A DNA stretch of 32,000 bases from Trichodesmium erythraeum IMS101 (lineage in GTDB: Bacteria; Cyanobacteriota; Cyanobacteriia; Cyanobacteriales; Microcoleaceae): NCBI RefSeq assembly GCF_000014265.1, contig NC_008312.1, positions 3,060,001-3,092,000 on the forward strand, in the 5' to 3' direction. This document shows, piece by piece, positions 1 to 9,276 of the stretch. Made by a program: the position numbers and the translations under genes. Position 1 is the first letter of the stretch. Each line of letters begins with the position of its first letter. The notes beneath the pieces were generated by a model. The model was not told the DNA's origin. It was given only the letters and a program-made list of their open reading frames with translations, and searched no databases.

Positions 1-22
1 TGTGTTTTTATATCAAAATCAA

Positions 23-1867
23 ATGAGTAGTTTAAATAAAAAAATTAAAACATTAGTAGATTTATTACAACATAGAGCTATCCAAAACCCGGAAAAAATA
101 GGTTACAGCTTTTTAATAGATGGAGAAATAGAAACAGTTAACCTTACCTATAAACAACTGGAACAACGTTCACGGGCGATCGCTGCCTATCTCCAGTCAG
201 TATGTCCACAAGGAGAAGTTGCCCTACTCCTCTATCAACCGGGACTAGAATATATTACCACTTTTTTTGGGTGTCTTTATGCAGGGGTTATAGCAATTCC
301 TGCCTACCCCCCTAGGCCAAATCGTTCCCTAGACCGGATCCAAACAATTATTAGAGATAGTAAGGCCAAAATAGCTTTGACAACTAAATCTATCATTTCT
401 AGCCTAGAACCTCGTGCCTCAGAAACTCCAGAATTAGAGAATTTAGGTTGGTTAGCTACTGACCAAATTCCGGACTATTTTGCAGATCAATGGCTTGAAC
501 CGAATATTAATGAGAATACCCTTGCTTTTCTCCAATATACTTCTGGTTCGACAGCTAAACCTAAAGGGGTAATGATTACCCACCAGAACCTTTTGCATAA
601 TTCTGGTCTTATTCATCAATGTTTTGGACACTCTGGTGAAAGTAAAGGAGTAATTTGGCTACCTCCTTATCATGACATGGGTTTAATTGGTGGAATATTG
701 CAACCCTTATATGGGGCTTTTCCTGTCATTCTCATGTCTCCTTTGATGTTTCTCCAAAGTCCAGTGCGCTGGCTAAAAGCTATTTCTCGGTACCAAGGTA
801 CTACTAGTGGGGGACCAAATTTTGCTTATGATTTGTGTGTCCGTAAAATTAAGCCTGAACAGATACAAACTTTAGACTTAAGTAGTTGGGAAGTAGCTTT
901 TAATGGTGCAGAACCTATTAGTGCTGAAGTTTTAGAACGATTTACTAATACTTTTTCTGTATGTGGTTTTCGCAGAGAAGCTTTTTATCCTTGTTATGGG
1001 ATGGCTGAGGCTACTTTAATTATTTCTGGGGGTAATAAGTTTTCTCCGCCGGTAGAAACTAAGGTTGCAGCTAGGGCATTGGAAAAAAACCAGATTGTTT
1101 TAGTTTACCCAACAGAAGGAACAAAAACATTAGTGGGTTGTGGTCAAACTTTGCCAGAGCAACAGATTAAGATTGTTCATCCAGAAAAATTAACTCTTTG
1201 TACTGAGGGAGAGGTAGGAGAGATTTGGGTCTCTGGCCCAAGTATTGCTGGGGGTTATTGGCAAAAACCAGAAGCAACGAAGCAGATTTTTGCTGCTTAT
1301 TTAGCTGAAGCACCCGGAAAAGAGCCATTTATGAGAACTGGAGATTTAGGCTTTCTGGAGGCTGGGGAATTATTTGTGACGGGTCGCCTTAAGGATGTAA
1401 TTATTATTAATGGTCGAAATCATTACCCTCAAGATATTGAATGGACAGTGGAGCAAAGCCATCCCCTGATTAGACCAGGTTGTATTGCTAGCTTTTCTGT
1501 AGAAGTTGGAGGAGAAGAACGTTTGGTAGTAGTAGCTGAGGTAGAACGGAAATTTCGTCAACTCCTTGAGAGAAGTCAAAAGTCAAAAATAAAGAGTCAA
1601 AAATATGAATCTACTGATAAATCTGTGGGCTCGGTAGCAGTTGGTTTTTTCAGTGAGCGTAATGGTAAGTCTGAGAATAAAAATTCTGATAATTCTCAAG
1701 ACTTAATTAAATCTATCCAAAGGTCTGTGTCAATAAATCACGATTTACAGATTTATCAAATATTATTGCTTAAACCGGGAGCTATTCCCAAAACTTCTAG
1801 TGGAAAAGTCCAGCGTTATGCTTGTCGCGAAGGTTTTTTAGCTGGAACTCTAAAAATATTTGATTAA
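23..1867 (+). CDS. fatty acyl-AMP ligase (FAAL-type adenylating enzyme)
   Basis: The ORF is open to the window edge (frame runs from nt 2). The first ATG at 23 gives MSSLNKKIKTLVDLLQHRA..., a typical FAAL N-terminus. Adenylate-forming core motifs are read directly: LQYTSGSTAKPKGV (nt 530-571), GELFVTGRLKD, and PKTSSGKVQR near the C-terminus. No fused carrier domain. Confidence 0.85.
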   Translation: MSSLNKKIKTLVDLLQHRAIQNPEKIGYSFLIDGEIETVNLTYKQLEQRSRAIAAYLQSVCPQGEVALLLYQPGLEYITTFFGCLYAGVIAIPAYPPRPNRSLDRIQTIIRDSKAKIALTTKSIISSLEPRASETPELENLGWLATDQIPDYFADQWLEPNINENTLAFLQYTSGSTAKPKGVMITHQNLLHNSGLIHQCFGHSGESKGVIWLPPYHDMGLIGGILQPLYGAFPVILMSPLMFLQSPVRWLKAISRYQGTTSGGPNFAYDLCVRKIKPEQIQTLDLSSWEVAFNGAEPISAEVLERFTNTFSVCGFRREAFYPCYGMAEATLIISGGNKFSPPVETKVAARALEKNQIVLVYPTEGTKTLVGCGQTLPEQQIKIVHPEKLTLCTEGEVGEIWVSGPSIAGGYWQKPEATKQIFAAYLAEAPGKEPFMRTGDLGFLEAGELFVTGRLKDVIIINGRNHYPQDIEWTVEQSHPLIRPGCIASFSVEVGGEERLVVVAEVERKFRQLLERSQKSKIKSQKYESTDKSVGSVAVGFFSERNGKSENKNSDNSQDLIKSIQRSVSINHDLQIYQILLLKPGAIPKTSSGKVQRYACREGFLAGTLKIFD

Positions 1868-2274
1868 AGAAAATGTTTAGGGGCTACATACAAATCAGAA
1901 TTCAGAAGCCACAAGGAAGGGGCAAAGTTAGAGCTTAGAAGTATTCCCTAAGTGGGCTTGAGGATTTATAAATTTCGGCGCCTTGTTGCAGTAGTACTAT
2001 AAATATTTGAATCTAGCTGCTTCTGCCTACTTCGTATAAGATAGTGGCACAATAACCATCATACCTTCCCTCGTGTTTTTTTGGGGTGGTCAATCAGTTG
2101 AGATAGTTAGCTATTTCAGGTAATTGTTACAACTAAAAAGCTACTGACTTACCTCAGAAGTTTGATTTCTGATTTTCTCAAGTGACTTTTTAACCCTAAT
2201 TGTGTGCCATTGCCTATAAGCTACTGGAAAAAAACTGAGTGATAAGTAATTTTAATGTGGTGCAGGAGTGAACA

Positions 2275-3909
2275 ATGAAATTGTTGAACCAGCTTGTGAA
2301 TGAGCAAGACAAACAACATCTGTCCTTAGAGATGACTGATCGAGACCCTGCTTTGCAAGTCCCACAATTATCTCCAGTCAGAAAAAATATTAAGTCCTGG
2401 TTGATATCCCAATTGGCCGAACGGCTTGAAATTGAGACCGATCAAATAGATATTCAGCGGGATTTTACTGATTATGGTCTTAACTCAATTGAAGTGGTCA
2501 ATCTTTCTGGAGAATTAGAAAATCTTCTGGGTCGGCGACTTCCTCCTACTCTTTTGTTGGATTATCCTACTATTGAGTCTTTGGCTGAATATTTAGTAGA
2601 AGATACTTCGGAGGATACTGGGCCAAATGTTCACAAAAAATTAGAAGATGAGGTTGAGGTCTCAACTTCTAATCCAACTACGGAAACTGAAGAAATTCCT
2701 TTAGAATATTATAGGTTTGACCTCTATCCAGAATATCTACAACTGCAAAAGCAATTGGCAGATATTAATTCTACTGGCATTAGTAGTCCTTTCTTTATAC
2801 CTCAAGAACGGGTTAATAATAATACTACGGTTATTGGTGGTAGAAAACTGGTGAATTATGCTACCTATAATTATTTGGGTATGTGTGGTGACCCTTTTGT
2901 CTCTAACGCTGCAAAGGAAGCTATTAATCGTTATGGTACTTCTGTTTCTGCTAGTAGGTTATTATCAGGAGAAAAGCCTTTACATCAGGAGTTAGAAAGA
3001 GAAATTGCTGATTTTATTGGTGTAGAAGATAGTATTCTTTATGTTGGAGGTCATGCTACTAATGTAACTACTATTAGTCATTTATTTGGGCAAAATGATT
3101 TAATTCTCCATGACTCTTTAAGTCACAATAGCATTTTCCAAGGTTGTTTATTATCGGGGGCAACTATTATTGCTTTTCCTCATAATGACTGGGAAGCTTT
3201 GGAGAAGTTACTGCGCGATCGCCGTCATCGTTATAAGCGGGTACTTATTGCTATAGAAGGTGTATATAGTACAGATGGTGATATTCCAGAGTTACCAAAG
3301 TTTATTGAGATTAAAAAACATTACAAAGCTTTTCTGATGGTGGATGAGGCTCATTCTATTGGTACTATTGGTAAACATGGTCGTGGAATTAGTGAGTATT
3401 TTGGGATTAACCCTAATGATGTTGACCTATGGATGGGTACTCTGAGTAAGTCTTTTGCTAGTTGCGGTGGTTATATTGCTGGTACTAAAGCGTTAGTGGA
3501 ATATCTTAAGTATACTTCTCCAGGGTTTGTTTATAGTGTGGGCATTTCTCCACCAGATACGGCGTCGGTCTTAGCTGCTATTCGGTTGTTGAAGAAGGAA
3601 CCCGAAAGGGTGGCAAAACTACAGGAAATGTCTCGACTATTTTTGCAGTCTGCTCGTGAGCGGGGGCTTAATACTGGTATGAGTAAAGATTCTCCGGTTA
3701 TACCTATTATTGTAGGTGAATCTATTAAGTCTGTAATGTTGTCCCAAAGTTTGTTTAAGCGAGGGATTAATGTTCCGTTTATGTTTTACCCGTCTGTACC
3801 ACAAAATGCGGCCAGATTACGCTTTTTTATTACTTGTAATCATACAGAGGAGCAAATTCTTTTTACTATAGATGCTCTGGCGGAAGAGCTGAGTTTAATG
3901 GGTGTTTAA
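2275..3909 (+). CDS. acyl carrier protein domain fused to an alpha-oxoamine synthase (AONS/KBL/serine-palmitoyltransferase family, PLP-dependent)
   Basis: AGGAG at 2264-2268 lies 6 nt before the ATG. The N-terminal carrier domain has the phosphopantetheine-site motif DYGLNSIE (Ser codon 2485-2487). The C-terminal ~400 aa carry class-II aminotransferase motifs HDSLSHNS and MVDEAHS and the PLP-lysine motif GTLSKSF (Lys codon 3448-3450). Confidence 0.85.
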   Translation: MKLLNQLVNEQDKQHLSLEMTDRDPALQVPQLSPVRKNIKSWLISQLAERLEIETDQIDIQRDFTDYGLNSIEVVNLSGELENLLGRRLPPTLLLDYPTIESLAEYLVEDTSEDTGPNVHKKLEDEVEVSTSNPTTETEEIPLEYYRFDLYPEYLQLQKQLADINSTGISSPFFIPQERVNNNTTVIGGRKLVNYATYNYLGMCGDPFVSNAAKEAINRYGTSVSASRLLSGEKPLHQELEREIADFIGVEDSILYVGGHATNVTTISHLFGQNDLILHDSLSHNSIFQGCLLSGATIIAFPHNDWEALEKLLRDRRHRYKRVLIAIEGVYSTDGDIPELPKFIEIKKHYKAFLMVDEAHSIGTIGKHGRGISEYFGINPNDVDLWMGTLSKSFASCGGYIAGTKALVEYLKYTSPGFVYSVGISPPDTASVLAAIRLLKKEPERVAKLQEMSRLFLQSARERGLNTGMSKDSPVIPIIVGESIKSVMLSQSLFKRGINVPFMFYPSVPQNAARLRFFITCNHTEEQILFTIDALAEELSLMGV

Positions 3910-4028
3910 TAAGTAGCTGATGGTTAATAGCTAATTATATTCTTGATAGAATTGATTATTAGCTATTAGCTATTCTGAAAATTGAAAGTCATTAGGGCTT
4001 ATAGAGGTTTTCACTTAGTGAGACTAAA

Positions 4029-4070
4029 GTAGGGACGTTCCATGGAACGTTCCTACAAGCATTTTTGTTT
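4029..4070. terminator. candidate bidirectional intrinsic terminator between convergent transcription units
   Basis: A 28-nt near-perfect palindrome, GTAGGGACGTTCCATGGAACGTTCCTAC (4029-4056), has one G.U-compatible mismatch. On the + strand it is followed by AAGCATTTTTGTTTG; on the - strand by TTTAGTC. It sits between the end of the + strand cassette (3909) and the end of the - strand genes (4158/4492). The U-tract starts 5 nt after the stem, so this is not a textbook terminator. Confidence 0.4.
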
Positions 4071-4157
4071 GTAATAAGTGTGTTCTAAGTTTGCTGAAAA
4101 CTACTATATAAATAAGGGCCCAGAAAAGAGTTTTTTTGACCTTAAGTTCTAGTTTAT

Positions 4158-4355
4158 TTAAAAGAGCAGTTTGGGAATAGTTGGCTCTGGGTGTTTGACT
4201 TCAAGTTTTTGATATTTTTTGATAATTTGTGCTAATATTTTTGCTATCATATCAAGTTTAAGTATATTTTTCGTACGGTATTCCAAAAAACATAGTTTCT
4301 CCTCTGACTCAATTAATTGTATGAGCAAATTATCAAAGGAACGCTGAGTTTTCAT
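4158..4355 (-). CDS. hypothetical small protein (65 aa), doubtful
   Basis: ORF only. It is predicted helical and K/E/L/I-rich, with no recognisable motif and no clear Shine-Dalgarno. It lies 136 nt downstream of the RTX/PPC gene on the same strand. Confidence 0.25.
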   Translation of the reverse strand: MKTQRSFDNLLIQLIESEEKLCFLEYRTKNILKLDMIAKILAQIIKKYQKLEVKHPEPTIPKLLF

Positions 4356-4491
4356 TGCTTTCTATCACCCCTGACTAGCAAAGGTTATTGAGGACTGGTA
4401 AAACGATCTTTTGGTCATAACTTATTGTTAGGCTTTTCTAATTTTCAGAGTGATGTTTTATGGTTTCTGACAAAACCCGATGTTTCCTTTA

Positions 4492-7400
4492 TCAGAGAGA
4501 AATGCTCAGGTCGTAAAAAGTTTGATTACCTAGACCGAATACACCCACCACATAGGTAGTATCGGCACTAATGAAGGTGAAAATCTCTTCAGGAGTATTG
4601 CCGGAGTTAGTATAACTGCCAATTTCTACTTCGCCAGTCTCATCGTATAGTTTCAGGTCAGCGTTATCGTTCAGGTCGTCAAGTTTGATCTCTACGAAAC
4701 CAGCCTGGGTAATATCAAAGCTGTAATAGTCCTTGGTGTCAACTACGCCCCCCTCCGTGAAGCCGAGGTCACCGCCTTGGGTAAGAGGATCAGCACCAAC
4801 TGTAACCGTACCGAGAGCTATCCCTGGTGGCTCATTGTCTATGCTTTCACCAATTTCACTCGCACTCATATTCAGACTGTAGTTAGTTTTAGCCGCACCC
4901 CTGGGAAACACTCGCACATAATAGTCGTCCGCTTCCAAAGTAAGGTTGATGTTTTCGTCCTTCCTACCACCATTAGCAGAAGTATTTAGCACAGTACTAC
5001 CGTCGCTATCAATTAGCTGTAGGTTGGCGTTACCCTTCAGGTCAGTAAGGTTGATATCGACACTACTCTCAGCGCTCAAAGTAAACTTGCGGTAGTCGTT
5101 GACATCACGATAACTCTTTTCTCGACGACCGATGGAGTCCTCCTCTTCGTATGAGGTTAACACACCGATGTCGGTGACGTTTTCTGGGGGTTTGCCTCCG
5201 TCCTCATCCACGCTACTGCCTGGCTCAGGAACCTTAATATTTAGGGTATAGTTACCACGAGCGTTACCTTTGGGTTCAACCCCTACATAGTAAGTACCTG
5301 GTTCAAGCTCTTCTTCAATTTTTTCGTTTTTCTTCTTCTTATTGCGGGAATCTTTGATCAAAGTACCAGAACTATCAAGCAATTCCAGATCGATATCAGC
5401 GCTCAGTTTATTTAGGGAGATAGTCAGATTCTTGTCTTCGCTTAGTTCAAACTTGTAGTAGTCTACTTCGTCCCGACTGCTACCACTGCCGAAACCGACA
5501 TTATCTATCTTACTGTAATCTTCAGTGAGGTTACCGATGTCATTGTACAAAGAAGTCTCTGGCACAGGACCACCATCTGGATCGACGCTCGAACCACTTG
5601 CAAAAATGTCCAAATTATACTTAGTTTTAGCCAAGTTCTGGGGCTCTACATCCACATAATAATCGCCTGGATCCAGAGTGTCGCTAATATTTTCGTTCTT
5701 TCTACCGCCTTTCCGAGACTCAAGCAATAAAGTGCCATCATCATCGTACAAGGCAATGTTGGCATTTCTTTTCAGCCCTGTGAGGTCAATTTCTACATTC
5801 CTCTCGTCGCTTATGCTGAATAAGTGCCGATCAATAAGGTTACGAACGCCACTAGAGGTAAAGCCGATTTTCTCGCCCCTGATACTGTAACCATCCTCCA
5901 AAGACAAAAGGTCACCAACTGTAAACTCTTGTCTCGGTTCTGGGATGGGTTCAGCATTCACCGAAAAACGATAGTTGCTGCGACTGTTTCCCTTTGGCAA
6001 TATCTGGACATGATAAGTCCCCTCTTCCAATATCTCAGCAATGTTTTCTGATTTACGACCCTTGTTCCGAGAATTATTGAGAGTGGTTGTGCCGTCGTCA
6101 TCGTACAAGATCATATCTATGTTTTGACGCAGACGAGTCAGGTCGATGTCAACCAAGCTCTCTTCATCAATTGTAAAGCTGACCCAATCTTCTGTGTCAC
6201 GACCGGAACGACCTTCAGTACGGCCCATTTCGTCGTTGAAGACCCTTGTCTCCCCAATAGGGATATTCCCGAAGTCTAAAGCTTCTTTAACACTAGCATA
6301 GTCATCAACATAAGGAGCAGTCGCAGTTATACCCAAGCGATAGTTACTCTTGGCGCCACCATTTGGGAAAACTTTTATGTTATAGGTTCCTGGTTCCAGC
6401 CCTTCAAGTTCGATCTTTTCAGCTTTGCGACCTGTCTTTTTACCCTCATCAACTAGCTCGCCACCATCATCGTAAATTTCGACATTAAGGTCTTGCCTTA
6501 GTCTATCTAGAGTCAGGTTGACATCGCTCTCTATGGGCACAGAAAAGTTGTACCAGTCTACCCTGTCTTTGTTAGCACCAAGTTTACCGGTTTTGCTGAC
6601 GGGAGTAAGCTCCGTAACTGCCCCCAAGCTAATACCTGGTTCCTGGTCATCTTGTTCATTGGAAAGCACATCAGCGCTCAGACCCAGGCGATAGTCTGTC
6701 CTGGCAGCACCTTGGGGAGTTACGCGCACAAAATAATCACCGGGTTCTAATTCCTCGTTAATCTTTTCTCTTTTACGACCGCTATTGTTAGACTGGTAGA
6801 GAATAGTGCTGCCATCCCCATCTAAAACCTCAACATTAGCATTTCCCTTTAGCTGGTCTAGGGTAAGGAAAAAGTCACTCTTTTCATTGATACCAAACTT
6901 ATAGTAATCTTCTTGGTCCCGGTTTTTACCCCGACCGAAGCCTATTCTGTCAATTTCGGTTACTTCTTCGAGTCCGATATTACCTAGTTCTTTAGCGGTA
7001 TCAGTTGTGTCCTTTTCATCTGTCAGGGCATCAGCACTTACCCCTAAGCGGTATTTTGTGCGATCATCTCCTTCAGGATAAACACGGATGAAATAATCAC
7101 CTGATTCTAAATTTTCGGTAATGTTTTCCCGCTTCCGGTTCTCTTCAGTTGACTGGAAAAGTACTGTGCTACCATCCTCATCTAGAATTTCAACGTTAGC
7201 ATTGCGCTTGAGTTGGTCTAGAGTGATGTCAACCTCACTATCCTTGCTGAGAGTAAACTTATAGAAATCTTGCAAGTCACGGACACCACCTTCATTAAAA
7301 CCGATTTCGTCAGTATTGCGGTAGTTCTTCCGGCTGTTAAGATCGCCAAGATTAATGGCACCGTCCGGCTTCGCTGTGGGGTCTTCAAGACGCTCAATAT

Positions 7401-9276
7401 CTTTGGGTGCTAGTCTAATTTTAGCGAACAAGCTAGCTATGTCTACTTCTTGTTCCATCACCCGAAAGCGGTTTTCTAGGGTGTCACCCCCATCTTGGCT
7501 AAAGCCTGTTAGCTCTAAGGTGTATGTTTGTCCATTAAATTTGAAGGTTTCCGTGGGTAAGACTTTGGGAAAATAGACGAAATCAGACCAGTCATCTATC
7601 TCGTCAGAGGTATCCTCCGTAGTGTCTAAGTCCAGATTGAAGGTAAAAGTTTTGTTTATTGGTGGTTCACCTTCTAAAGTATCTAATTCTAATTTAATTT
7701 CCAGGGGTACTGACTCTACCGCTGTATCCGAAAAAATTGAACCGTTAAAGAAGGTTAACTTTCCGACTTCAAACTGCTTGTCAGTTTCAATGCCCCCGCT
7801 AATATCTTCCGCATTAAAGAGTAAGCTGTTTGGTTTCAGGTCTTCCTCTACCGACTCTCCCCAACGAAACGTATTCGGAGGATCTGTAGGATAAGTTTTA
7901 GGATTCGGGTTTGGCCCTGGCTCGGCCTCTCCCCAGGTGCCACTAAATTCAACTTGAAAACCCCGTTCAAAACTCCTATCAGGTCGACCTGTACTAGTGC
8001 AGTCCATTGGGGGGTCATTGGGAGGGATTATTGTTTCAGAATCAACAATTTCAAAGTCAGTGTTTTCTAATGAGCTTTTATTAGTCAATTGAGTAAGTAT
8101 GACCTCATCATTGGGCTTTTCTGTTTGATTAGCGTATACAAGGCCAGAGACAGGATCATAGATAATTGTTTCTGAGGTCTGAGGTGTGTTCCCCCTACAG
8201 CCATAGTTTGGAATTGCTATAAACTCGTATTCTGGTAGAGTTTCGCCAATAGTTATATCTTTTAAAGCCTCAAAATTTTTACCATTTAGAAGTATCTTAT
8301 CTCCTTCACTCTTATTAAAATCTTCTATGGTGTCATGTCCATAAGTACCATCCTGATCATAAAAGGGGACAAATTTATCAGCCCCTTCACCACCAATAAA
8401 AAGATCCGCACTGTCCAGAAGAGCACTAGAATTTTTGGGTTCAGCATTAATAGTCAATCTATAGTCTGTTTCTGCTCCGCCTCTTGGTAAGACGCGGATA
8501 AAATATTCTCCTGCATCTAATTCCGCATTGATAAGTTCATCTGTATTCCCAGAGTTTGCAGAGCTGAATAATAATGTTGAGCCATCACTATCTAATATTT
8601 CGACATCAGCATTAGCACTTAAATTTTCTAGGGTTAGGTTAAAGTCGCTTTCCTCGTCAAGAGTGAATTTGTAGTAGTCGTTCCTATCAAGTTGACTATT
8701 TACTCTAAAACCGATCTTATCTTCTATGACAGTCGGTCCTAGTTCGATGAGTTCCAGGTCGAAGGCATCTGCTATGGTGTTCTTACTGCCGCCGGGGTTT
8801 CTCAAAACAGGACTAGAATTTTTGCTGATTTTCTTTTTATGACCTTTACCAGTAGAAGTAAGAAGAAAAATTACGTCAGAATCACCAGGTACTACGCGAT
8901 CCTTCTCTTCTTTCCACACTTTGTCCTTGCCGGCTCCTCCATTAAGGGTATCGTTGCCGGCTCCTCCATTAAGGGTGTCTTTACCACGACCACCATGCAA
9001 TCTGTCACAACCTCCATTGCCATACAATCTGTCGCGACCTCCATTGCCATACAATCTGTCATTACCTTGCTCGCCGTACAATTTGTCATTACCTTGCTGA
9101 CCATACAATTTGTCATCACCATCACCACCATACAATATGTCATTACCTTGGCTAGCATACAATTTGTCGTCACCCCCTCTACCATTCAGTGTGTCATTAC
9201 AAGAATTATCCTCAGATAAAGGCCACACATTGTCTCCTGGCGTGCCAGACCAATCTACTCCTGTACACGTAGGCAT
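4492..9276 (-). CDS. large calcium-binding repeat protein: N-terminal RTX nonapeptide block plus nine PPC-like (bacterial pre-peptidase C-terminal) modules
   Basis: 1594-aa ORF with GGAG 11 nt upstream of the ATG. About ten GGxGxDxLx-type repeats (GNDKLYGEQGNDRLYGNGGRDRLYGNGG...) lie at aa ~30-118. The recurring ~115-aa module has the signature DYYKF-L...S-V-I-L..L..NA-VE-LD.DGST-L..S...G...E.I...LE.GDY-VRV.P.G.A.T.Y-L. An internal GGEGADKFV...GHDTIEDFNKSEGDKILL motif resembles the terminus of RTX exoproteins. No peptidase catalytic domain and no N-terminal signal peptide were seen. Confidence 0.85.
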   Translation of the reverse strand: MPTCTGVDWSGTPGDNVWPLSEDNSCNDTLNGRGGDDKLYASQGNDILYGGDGDDKLYGQQGNDKLYGEQGNDRLYGNGGRDRLYGNGGCDRLHGGRGKDTLNGGAGNDTLNGGAGKDKVWKEEKDRVVPGDSDVIFLLTSTGKGHKKKISKNSSPVLRNPGGSKNTIADAFDLELIELGPTVIEDKIGFRVNSQLDRNDYYKFTLDEESDFNLTLENLSANADVEILDSDGSTLLFSSANSGNTDELINAELDAGEYFIRVLPRGGAETDYRLTINAEPKNSSALLDSADLFIGGEGADKFVPFYDQDGTYGHDTIEDFNKSEGDKILLNGKNFEALKDITIGETLPEYEFIAIPNYGCRGNTPQTSETIIYDPVSGLVYANQTEKPNDEVILTQLTNKSSLENTDFEIVDSETIIPPNDPPMDCTSTGRPDRSFERGFQVEFSGTWGEAEPGPNPNPKTYPTDPPNTFRWGESVEEDLKPNSLLFNAEDISGGIETDKQFEVGKLTFFNGSIFSDTAVESVPLEIKLELDTLEGEPPINKTFTFNLDLDTTEDTSDEIDDWSDFVYFPKVLPTETFKFNGQTYTLELTGFSQDGGDTLENRFRVMEQEVDIASLFAKIRLAPKDIERLEDPTAKPDGAINLGDLNSRKNYRNTDEIGFNEGGVRDLQDFYKFTLSKDSEVDITLDQLKRNANVEILDEDGSTVLFQSTEENRKRENITENLESGDYFIRVYPEGDDRTKYRLGVSADALTDEKDTTDTAKELGNIGLEEVTEIDRIGFGRGKNRDQEDYYKFGINEKSDFFLTLDQLKGNANVEVLDGDGSTILYQSNNSGRKREKINEELEPGDYFVRVTPQGAARTDYRLGLSADVLSNEQDDQEPGISLGAVTELTPVSKTGKLGANKDRVDWYNFSVPIESDVNLTLDRLRQDLNVEIYDDGGELVDEGKKTGRKAEKIELEGLEPGTYNIKVFPNGGAKSNYRLGITATAPYVDDYASVKEALDFGNIPIGETRVFNDEMGRTEGRSGRDTEDWVSFTIDEESLVDIDLTRLRQNIDMILYDDDGTTTLNNSRNKGRKSENIAEILEEGTYHVQILPKGNSRSNYRFSVNAEPIPEPRQEFTVGDLLSLEDGYSIRGEKIGFTSSGVRNLIDRHLFSISDERNVEIDLTGLKRNANIALYDDDGTLLLESRKGGRKNENISDTLDPGDYYVDVEPQNLAKTKYNLDIFASGSSVDPDGGPVPETSLYNDIGNLTEDYSKIDNVGFGSGSSRDEVDYYKFELSEDKNLTISLNKLSADIDLELLDSSGTLIKDSRNKKKKNEKIEEELEPGTYYVGVEPKGNARGNYTLNIKVPEPGSSVDEDGGKPPENVTDIGVLTSYEEEDSIGRREKSYRDVNDYRKFTLSAESSVDINLTDLKGNANLQLIDSDGSTVLNTSANGGRKDENINLTLEADDYYVRVFPRGAAKTNYSLNMSASEIGESIDNEPPGIALGTVTVGADPLTQGGDLGFTEGGVVDTKDYYSFDITQAGFVEIKLDDLNDNADLKLYDETGEVEIGSYTNSGNTPEEIFTFISADTTYVVGVFGLGNQTFYDLSISL
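4495..7285 (-). repeat. eight tandem ~350-bp coding modules (PPC-like domains 2-9); a solitary first copy lies at ~8440-8715
   Basis: Protein-level periodicity read from the translation. Each unit starts near a D(Y/W/F)Y(K/S/N)F motif and ends with Y(R/N/S/T)L..(S/T/N)A. The copies are diverged at the DNA level. Confidence 0.75.
8922..9190 (-). repeat. 27-nt periodic coding repeats (RTX nonapeptides)
   Basis: Repeated GACAAATTGTATGG-like units. All three frames on both strands stay open here, which produces the shadow ORFs 8839..9219(+) and 8892..9185(-). Confidence 0.8.

Noticed and set aside
4777-7894. Five + strand ORFs of 70-90 aa antisense to the PPC array
   Set aside because: They are short, lack motifs, and are embedded in a well-supported 1594-aa gene on the other strand.
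8839-9219. ORFs 8839..9219(+) and 8892..9185(-) overlapping the start of the RTX/PPC gene
   Set aside because: They are products of the 27-nt RTX periodicity, which leaves all frames open. Their sequences are repetitive V/T/I/M strings with no independent support.
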